DNA from: an uncultured Flavobacteriales bacterium
GTDB taxonomy: Bacteria > Bacteroidota > Bacteroidia > Flavobacteriales_D > CALLUQ01
DNA: 64,000 nucleotides
Assembly (NCBI GenBank): GCA_938010565.1
Contig: CALLUQ010000069.1
Span: 3,400-67,399 of the forward strand
Direction: 5' to 3'
Below are positions 10,072 to 16,612 of the stretch, piece by piece. A model generated the notes under the pieces. The model ran no database searches, was not told the origin of the DNA, and was given only the letters and a program-made list of their open reading frames with translations. The translations under genes were made by a program, and so were the position numbers. Position 1 is the stretch's first letter, and the number at the start of each line of letters is the position of its first letter.

Positions 10072-10731
10072 TTATTCGCACTTCTTTTTGAGTTTTGTGG
10101 TAATTGCAATGTCTGCATCCGGCCAAAGTTTGGTGACTCCGTCTTCGCCCGTGTGTTTGGCTTCACAAGCTGTTCCCAGAGCGGCAAGTGCTGCTTCTCC
10201 ATTCCAGCGGTTAAAATTCAGCGAAGCTTTCAGAGTCATGTCATTGCCTTTGATGGTGTAAGTAAAATCCACGGCTTTATCTACGTTGTTCATGTTGAGG
10301 TTTAAAACCCCTGTTCCACCGGAGGTATTGCCTTTGAAGGAGGTAATGCTACCCGTTGCGGTATCGGTATGGAGTGTTCCGAAAAAGATCTGCATCAATT
10401 TTTTATCCCGTACCGGGTCTTCCGAGTTGATGGCGTTCATCATGATCTTAAAGGTGAGTCCGTCCAGAATTTTCTGTGGAGCATCGGGTGTGCCAGTGGT
10501 GGTCACTTCAAATGCTTCCAGTTTCCCGTTTACGCCAACTTTTCCGGAATGCTTGTATGCCGTCCAGGCCACTATGGTAGAAACATTGTCATACGTGTAG
10601 GTACATACTTCCTCTGCTGGCGGAGGGGGCGGCGGAGTGGTTTTGGGTGCATCGGCAGGAGGATTTCCTCCACAGGAAGTCATGATAAAAAGTACGATGG
10701 CCAAAGCCGGAAATAATGGGGAATTTTTCAT
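10072..10731 (-). CDS. lipoprotein, possibly YceI-like
   Basis: Lipobox LFIMTSCGG followed by a Pro-rich linker (PPPPPPP). The body loosely fits the YceI-like pattern (IVAWTAYKHSGKVGVNGKLEAFEV ... SEDPVRDKKL). The family call is tentative. Confidence 0.45.
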   Translation of the reverse strand: MKNSPLFPALAIVLFIMTSCGGNPPADAPKTTPPPPPPAEEVCTYTYDNVSTIVAWTAYKHSGKVGVNGKLEAFEVTTTGTPDAPQKILDGLTFKIMMNAINSEDPVRDKKLMQIFFGTLHTDTATGSITSFKGNTSGGTGVLNLNMNNVDKAVDFTYTIKGNDMTLKASLNFNRWNGEAALAALGTACEAKHTGEDGVTKLWPDADIAITTKLKKKCE

Positions 10732-10799
10732 TTTCTTTTTTTTAAAATTTGTTCTCAGAACTACAAATTTGTCTTTTCACAAAAGGCAGCGGTGTATTT

Positions 10800-11312
10800 T
10801 TACAACTCAAAATGTACCAGGACCTGGTTTTTTTCCACTGCTTCGCCGGTTTGAACCGCCACTTTGCTAATGGTCCCATCAGCCGGCGATTTCAGTACAT
10901 TTTCCATTTTCATGGCTTCAAGCACCAATAAGGGGTCCCCTGCTTTTACCGTTTCTCCTTCCTTATGATACACATCCAACACCAGGCCGGGCATCGGTGC
11001 TTTCATTTCTTTTACTGCCTGCGAGTTGAGGCCATCCATTCCCAGGTTTTTCAATAATGCATCGTAGCGATCTTCCAGCGCTACCTCATAACGTTTACCG
11101 TTCACCAGCAATGCATAGGTTTTGTTGGTACTGTCGACTTCCAGCAACTCAATGTTCCAGGATCTGTTTTCTAACAACAGATGCCAAGATCCGGTCGTTA
11201 AATGAGCCAGATCCAATTCAAACTTTTCATTGCCAATCGCCCCATGGGTAAGCGACTTATCTTCAAACTCTACGTGCAGCCCATCGGCTCCGTTCACCTT
11301 TGCTTTTAACAT
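10800..11312 (-). CDS. biotin carboxyl carrier protein-like (biotin/lipoyl attachment domain)
   Basis: C-terminal biotinyl domain with EAMKMEN and GDPLLVLEAMKMENVLKSPADGTISKV. Confidence 0.85.
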   Translation of the reverse strand: MLKAKVNGADGLHVEFEDKSLTHGAIGNEKFELDLAHLTTGSWHLLLENRSWNIELLEVDSTNKTYALLVNGKRYEVALEDRYDALLKNLGMDGLNSQAVKEMKAPMPGLVLDVYHKEGETVKAGDPLLVLEAMKMENVLKSPADGTISKVAVQTGEAVEKNQVLVHFEL

Positions 11313-11420
11313 CTTATATGGCTTATCGCGATAAAGATAGAAAAAGCCGGTGTTTTGTTTCGGAAATATAACGCATTGGCTAAAGATGTTCGTTTAAAAC
11401 AAACGTTGGCAAGTGGAGGC

Positions 11421-11641
11421 AGGGCAAACACATTTAAATTTTGAGTAGCCTCTCCGGGTATTGATCGTTCGGGAGTGCCTTTTTTTCGTTTGGATCTTAT
11501 TCCCAGTCTACACGTTTTCTCTTGTTTGGTAAGGTTTAATGCCATTTTATAGATCAGAGAAAAGTGGCTATGGTCTTCATTAAATGCGACATCTAATGAC
11601 CAGTGTAGTTTATTTTCAATGATTCGGTGAGATCTGACCAT
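11421..11641 (-). mobile_element. ISAs1-family transposase 3'-terminal remnant (repeat copy A), truncated and frameshifted
   Basis: The minus strand reads HRIIENKLHWSLDVAFNEDHS...LIYKMALNLTKQEKTCRLGIRSKRKK, which matches the ISAs1 C-terminus as I remember it. A shifted frame ends ...YPERLLKI-stop, like the family's YLxKLLKI-stop. ORF-track ORF 11306-11641 runs on into non-homologous sequence. Confidence 0.75.
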
Positions 11642-12059
11642 TTGCCCAGCGGTAACGCCATTTTTCGACGGGGCTTTCTTTGGTGATGAGATTGCCTTGC
11701 GGATCGTAAGTGTACGTGTAGGCTTCGTCCTTTAAAAGTTGCCCGGCTTTGCCGTACACCCGATCGTTTCGGTCTTCGGTTTTGAAGAGGTTCCCGATCT
11801 CATCCGGCAGTTTGTAAACCCAGTTTCCGCCGGTATACCGGGCGGCTGAAAGGCCGCCAAACGCATCGTGGTGAAAATCGGTGCATGTTCCGGCCAGTTC
11901 GTCGTAAATGCTGCGCAAACGGTCGTTTACGTTCCAACTGTAACGTTTCTTCGTTTGTACCTGCTCGTGAACACTGATGCTGTGGTACCGGGGCCGGCCG
12001 CTTTTGTCGCGTTCCCAGGAACTGGTGAGGTTATCGGACAAACTTCGTTCGATTTCCAA
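11640..12059 (-). pseudogene. Rhs/YD-repeat protein fragment (internal repeats only)
   Basis: YD-repeat signatures AYTYTYDPQGNLITKE, WRYRWANGQ, RVYGKAGQLL. It has no credible start (artefactual TTG) and ends where ISAs1 homology begins. Confidence 0.75.
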
Positions 12060-12109
12060 GCCGTCCGGATTTCAAAACAACAACTGATAAAGCAAATGAT
12101 AGGAGTATA

Positions 12110-12516
12110 TCAAACATTACAATAACTTATGTAAATACCTGTAGACGGATCGTAGTACCGAAACCGATTATACTATAATACAACCCCGTTTCCTCATACT
12201 GCCCTTGATATCTGAACGGAACAAAAGAACGCTCCCCAGTAAGTTTACGAACCTTACCGTAAACATCTAACTGACAACTCCGTACCATTTTTTCCTATTC
12301 ATCATACAGATCGGAAGGCATACCCAAATGATCGGTAATGATCGAATACGCCCTTCCATCCACTAATTTAGCCATCGGCACAAAAGTACCGTCCTCAAAA
12401 AACCAGGTGGTGAGGCTTTCTGGAGGCTTTAAGCGCCGATCGGTCGGCGCATGCATGCCATGCATTTTTCGGGATCTGGCTGAAAACATGGATAAATGCA
12501 AGCAGTGCTGTTGCAT
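12110..12516 (-). pseudogene. Rhs repeat-associated core fragment, disrupted by a stop and a frameshift
   Basis: The minus strand reads WFFEDGTFVPMAKLVDGRAYSIITDHLGMPSDLYDE-stop (12295-12297). It then reads GKVRKLTGERSFVPFRYQGQYEETGLYY and, after a frame change, NRFRYYDPSTGIYIS (12125-12169). This is the canonical end of an Rhs core, but no DPxGL motif or toxin domain follows. Confidence 0.75.
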
Positions 12517-12525
12517 TGCGAAAAA

Positions 12526-12981
12526 CTACAAGGATGCTTCGTACCCTTGATCTGCCGGAAGGTTGGAACCAAGTGATGCATCCACTGCCAATGCATCGCA
12601 ACGTTCATTCATCGCATGGCCGTTATGGCCTTTTACCCATCTGAACTTCACCTGATGTTTGGGGTAAACTTGTAAAAAACGCTTCCACAGATCGATGTTC
12701 TTTTTGCCGGCAAACCCCTTTTTCTGCCAACCGAAAACCCACTTTTTTTCCACCGAATCCACCACATATTTACTATCGGAAACGATGAGTACCTGTGCGC
12801 CTGGTTTTTTGATCATTTCCAAAGCAATGATTACGCTGAGGAGTTCCATACGGTTGTTGGTGGTAAGGCGAAACCCTTCCGAAGCTTCTTTGTAATGTTG
12901 CCCTGCGGTGAGTACAATGCCATAACCGCCCGGGCCCGGGTTGCCCCGGGCAGCTCCGTCTGTATAAATCGTGATCTTCAT
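12526..12981 (-). CDS. rnhA: ribonuclease HI
   Basis: Motifs IYTDGAARGNPGPGGYG, ELLSVIIALE, SDSKYV, WVKGHNGHAMNERCDALA. Confidence 0.92.
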   Translation of the reverse strand: MKITIYTDGAARGNPGPGGYGIVLTAGQHYKEASEGFRLTTNNRMELLSVIIALEMIKKPGAQVLIVSDSKYVVDSVEKKWVFGWQKKGFAGKKNIDLWKRFLQVYPKHQVKFRWVKGHNGHAMNERCDALAVDASLGSNLPADQGYEASL

Positions 12982-12998
12982 GCCGGAAATGTAAACGA

Positions 12999-13607
12999 TT
13001 ATTTTGGGGTTGCCGACATTAATTCCGGCAGATTGGCGCTAAAAAGTTTGACTGCCATAGCCAACAATATGATCCCGAAAACCTTGCGCAAAATAGCAAT
13101 GCCTACTTTTCCCAACCACTTTTCCATTTTTCCGGTAAGCCGAAGCACAATGTATACCACAACCATGTTCACCAAAATGGCTGCAATGATATTCACCGTA
13201 GCATATTCCGCACGCAACGAAAGCAAGGAAGTCATACTGCCGGATCCGGCGATAACAGGAAACGCCAAGGGCACTACGGATGCGGCTTTTCCTCCGACCT
13301 CTTCCTCTACTTTAAACAAAGTAACACCCAGTACCATTTCAAGTGCCATGGCAAACAAAACAAGGGCTCCGGCCACTGCAAATGCTTCCACCGAAATGCC
13401 TATTAATGTGAGGATGGATTCGCCCAGAAAGAGGAACACAAGCATAATTCCAAACGATACCATAGTGGCCCTCATGGGATGAATTTCTCCCGTCTTTCGC
13501 TTGAGTTCAATGATAAGAGGAATGGAGCCGATGATGTCGATCACCGCAAAAAGTACGATTGATAAAGTACCGAACTGATAGATGTTAAAGGCTTTAAACC
13601 ACTCCAT
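12999..13607 (-). CDS. MarC-family (UPF0056) membrane protein
   Basis: About 200 aa with six hydrophobic segments. The N-terminus FAVIDIIGSIPLIIELKRK is typical of MarC/NAAT family members. Confidence 0.8.
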   Translation of the reverse strand: MEWFKAFNIYQFGTLSIVLFAVIDIIGSIPLIIELKRKTGEIHPMRATMVSFGIMLVFLFLGESILTLIGISVEAFAVAGALVLFAMALEMVLGVTLFKVEEEVGGKAASVVPLAFPVIAGSGSMTSLLSLRAEYATVNIIAAILVNMVVVYIVLRLTGKMEKWLGKVGIAILRKVFGIILLAMAVKLFSANLPELMSATPK

Positions 13608-13640
13608 AAAAGAACGTTTAAAATGATATGAAACCCGGGC

Positions 13641-14216
13641 CTACGCCAGTTGTGCAAGAACGTTGGCTACCACCCGGGGAAAGTGTGTATGCTCCAATTG
13701 CTGTACCTTTTGCCGAACGTCATCGGCCGTATCTTCGGGATGTACTTCGCATCGGGCCTGAAAAATAACTTCTCCGTTATCGTAAACCTGATCTACCTGA
13801 TGGATCGTAATGCCGCTTTGCTTTTCGCCGGCAGCTACTACTGCTTCGTGAACATGCATGCCATACATGCCTTTTCCGCCGTAAGCAGGCAACAGCGAAG
13901 GATGAATATTGATCATTCGTCCTGCAAAAGCGGTTACAAGGTCGTTGGGAATTTTCCAAAGAAACCCGGCCAGTACCACGAGTTCGATGCCGGCTGCTTG
14001 CAAAGCCGGTGCAATGGACCCCGGGCGGTAAAAATCGCTCCGGTTGATTACCCGTGTCGGAATGCGATGCTCCTCAGCAATCTGTAACACGCCGGCGGTG
14101 GCTTTGTTGCTAACGATCAGCGCAACCGCACCATCCGTCCGGTTTCGGAAAAACGAAATGATCTTAAGAGCGTTAGAGCCTGATCCGGATGCAAATATGG
14201 CGATTTTCCGAGGCAT
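13641..14216 (-). CDS. purN: phosphoribosylglycinamide formyltransferase
   Basis: Motifs IAIFASGSGSNA, LVVLAGFL, INIHPSLLPAYGGKGMYG, ITIHQVDQVYDNG. Confidence 0.92.
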   Translation of the reverse strand: MPRKIAIFASGSGSNALKIISFFRNRTDGAVALIVSNKATAGVLQIAEEHRIPTRVINRSDFYRPGSIAPALQAAGIELVVLAGFLWKIPNDLVTAFAGRMINIHPSLLPAYGGKGMYGMHVHEAVVAAGEKQSGITIHQVDQVYDNGEVIFQARCEVHPEDTADDVRQKVQQLEHTHFPRVVANVLAQLA

Positions 14217-14397
14217 GATCCTTCCAATTTTTCGGCAAAGCTAGGTATTAAATCAGGAATGCAAACGCATTTGCCAAAAATAAAGTCTGCCGTTGTGCAG
14301 AGTTTGTTGGGATAAAACCCGTATGCGTTTTTTAATTCTACAATGAATGAAAAACCGGAGGTTTTCACCCAAAGGGCTTCCACCTCCGGCTGGCGCG

Positions 14398-15906
14398 TTA
14401 TGGTTTAAGCCTGGCATTTATCCGCACAAGCATGATCAAAATGAGCAACAACAATACCGCAAAAAAGATGTGCCAGATGCCCGTATCGAACCAGCAGCAA
14501 GCCTTCCCGCCACATTCCTTTCGTTTACAACAGCCCGCCGGAGCACAACATTTTCCACGCGTAGGGGTACCCTGTACCGGAACCGCATTTACGGTATACT
14601 CGGTCCGGATAGACTGGTTTGCGGTGTTAAAGGAAATTTTCGCCCGGTTTCGGATAGTATCTCCGGGTTGAACGCTGTGCTTCACCCGAATTCTGAACGT
14701 GATGAACCCCTGGCTGTTTTTGTCCTGATCGCCATAATGGCTGAGGTGAAACGTAGGATCAATTGTGCTGTTAAAATCCCACCGGTACTTCTGCGGTTCC
14801 GTTGCATCGTGTGTCATTTGGTAATGATGGCTGGAATCGATGATTTCCAGGGTACTGCCATCGAGCAGATCGGGAAGCTGGTCCTCCAGCGTAACACTGG
14901 GTTCGTAGGCATTTCCGGTATTCTGAAAATGAATGGTATAGGTTAACCATTGCCCGGGGGCAATGGCAAAAGGATGGTGTACTTCTTTTTTATTCGGATC
15001 CCAGGAATTTACCGTTTTTACTTCCACCACTTCGGAATCGATGAAGAATCGCTCCATTTCACCCGTTGCCAGATGGTCTTTTACCTTAGCAAGTAATTTG
15101 GAGGGATCAACGGTTGTGCTTGTTGCATTGGCTGTACGTTCGTCTTCGGTTATCAGACTGTAAGCATCAACAATCGTAGTGGTAACCAGGTTGGAACCCG
15201 TTCCCTGAGGAGTGCAGATCTTAAACAACGAGTCCATTCCATTATGACCGGATGGCGTAAACAGATAAAGCCGTTGATTTTTTTTTATTTTTCCGATGTA
15301 TTGTACGCCGGAGCAAGACGTTGTAATGAGGTCTTCAATGGTCTGTTGCTTGTCGTCGTTTGCGTCTTCTTCGTTGAGGGCGAGCGGATAGTTGCCCCCA
15401 CAATTGCCCTCGTTATAAAACCGAAGGGCATTATCGAGGGTGATCACCACCAGAGAGGGAGATCTTCCGGGCAGTTTAACACCTAAAAAACTCTGAAAAC
15501 CAGGTCGTGGAGCCCTGGAGAAACCGGCTTTTAGCTTTCCTTTACCGTTGTAGGGGGTATCGTTTTGTACTTGTGTATCGGCAGGGTCGTCGGCATCGTC
15601 GTACTCTTCGCCTTTACGCGTGGTCACCACAGCAACGTCCCGCATCCCTGTATTCCGGAAAGAATGAAGTACCGTATCTCCAAATTCGAAATAACAATCT
15701 TCAAATTTCCAGATGTAGTGGTATTGATCCACTTGAACCGGAGAACCTGCTTTAGGGGTTACCCAAAAAGACCAGATATCGGTTGTTCCATTTTGCTGTT
15801 TATTGATTTTAAAATGTTGTGCCAGAAGCTGGCCGGATGTAAACAGGAACACGGCGAAGGGTATGATGCAGCGAAACGCTCCACCGGTAAATCTTAACTT
15901 TTCCAT
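14398..15906 (-). CDS. secreted adhesin-like protein (DUF11/conserved-repeat-type domain) with Cys-rich juxtamembrane segment and C-terminal TM anchor
   Basis: Signal peptide FRCIIPFAVFLFTSGQLLAQ. The C-terminal third reads SWDPNKK...LTYTIHFQNTGNA...GFITFRIRVK...AKISFNTANQSI. The protein ends CCAPAGCCKRKECGGKACC, then helix IWHIFFAVLLLLILIMLV, then a basic tail. Start moved from 15963 to ATG 15906. Confidence 0.6.
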   Translation of the reverse strand: MEKLRFTGGAFRCIIPFAVFLFTSGQLLAQHFKINKQQNGTTDIWSFWVTPKAGSPVQVDQYHYIWKFEDCYFEFGDTVLHSFRNTGMRDVAVVTTRKGEEYDDADDPADTQVQNDTPYNGKGKLKAGFSRAPRPGFQSFLGVKLPGRSPSLVVITLDNALRFYNEGNCGGNYPLALNEEDANDDKQQTIEDLITTSCSGVQYIGKIKKNQRLYLFTPSGHNGMDSLFKICTPQGTGSNLVTTTIVDAYSLITEDERTANATSTTVDPSKLLAKVKDHLATGEMERFFIDSEVVEVKTVNSWDPNKKEVHHPFAIAPGQWLTYTIHFQNTGNAYEPSVTLEDQLPDLLDGSTLEIIDSSHHYQMTHDATEPQKYRWDFNSTIDPTFHLSHYGDQDKNSQGFITFRIRVKHSVQPGDTIRNRAKISFNTANQSIRTEYTVNAVPVQGTPTRGKCCAPAGCCKRKECGGKACCWFDTGIWHIFFAVLLLLILIMLVRINARLKP

Positions 15907-16042
15907 AGTTGACAGATCTAATAAATTATATTGAATGATGTTTGAATAGTAAGACGGATACAAAAAAACAATTCCATGCTGCGGGATCTTTTTTTAATGA
16001 AATGTACCTAATTCTTTGCCGATTACTCCAATTCCGTACCAT

Positions 16043-16106
16043 CAAAAAATCCCGGCAGGCATTTCGCCCGCCGGGACCATGGATCTGCCGGAAAAAATTC
16101 CGGCAG
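16043..16106 (-). terminator. two tandem hairpins terminating the large gene (second has a U-tract)
   Basis: The first hairpin is CTGCCGGA/TCCGGCAG (16085-16092 / 16099-16106). The second is CCCGGCAGG/CCCGCCGGG (16051-16059 / 16067-16075, one mismatch), followed on the minus strand by ATTTTTTGA. Confidence 0.65.
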
Positions 16107-16123
16107 CGCCAACTATGGAACAT

Positions 16124-16612
16124 TTAGCACCCGGCCGGGTCCCAGTTAAAGGTTACGTAAACTTGTTTATGGTGGTCGGTCCAACCAAACGTGTACCCCG
16201 AGTTATACCCTACAATTGCTCTGTCCCGTACGGTCATTTCCAGGCCATAGGCACATTTGATCTTTTCTGCGGCAGTTAATTCGGTACAGAGGTTCAGACT
16301 ATAAATGGACTGCCCGTTGCCCGGATCTGTGGCTCCTGCTATTCCCGTGTCGTTGATCTGAGGCTCAGGGCCATCGTATGGTACCGAAGTAAGGAGCTTA
16401 CCCGTTGAAGCGATGTTTCCGCCAAAAACTTTCAGAGAGAAACTTTTGAAATGGGCATCTTTAAAGTTGCCGTAAACCCGGATCAGTGCATTGCCGATGA
16501 ATTCGCCGCACTTGTTAAAACTGCCGCCGGCATCTTTTACCTGAATGCCTGGGTTGGGCAGCGGAGCCCCGATAAATTTATACAGATCAACATTGGTATT
16601 GTCCAACGCCAA
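16124..16612 (-). CDS. C-terminal ~173 codons of the large hypothetical protein (continuation of 16537-18651 in the -1 frame)
   Basis: This frame is open upstream to 16645 (KPDGWHACTSRLALDNTNV...). The ORF-track start is an internal TTG. It overlaps the end of ORF 16537-18651 and ends at TAA 16124-16126 just before the tandem terminators. Confidence 0.6.
   Translation of the reverse strand: MALDNTNVDLYKFIGAPLPNPGIQVKDAGGSFNKCGEFIGNALIRVYGNFKDAHFKSFSLKVFGGNIASTGKLLTSVPYDGPEPQINDTGIAGATDPGNGQSIYSLNLCTELTAAEKIKCAYGLEMTVRDRAIVGYNSGYTFGWTDHHKQVYVTFNWDPAGC

Noticed and set aside
14258-14275. GCAAACGCATTTGCC upstream of purN, as a sixth ISAs1-end copy
   Set aside because: Only ~12 nt are shared with the repeat family and the rest diverges immediately, so this may be chance.
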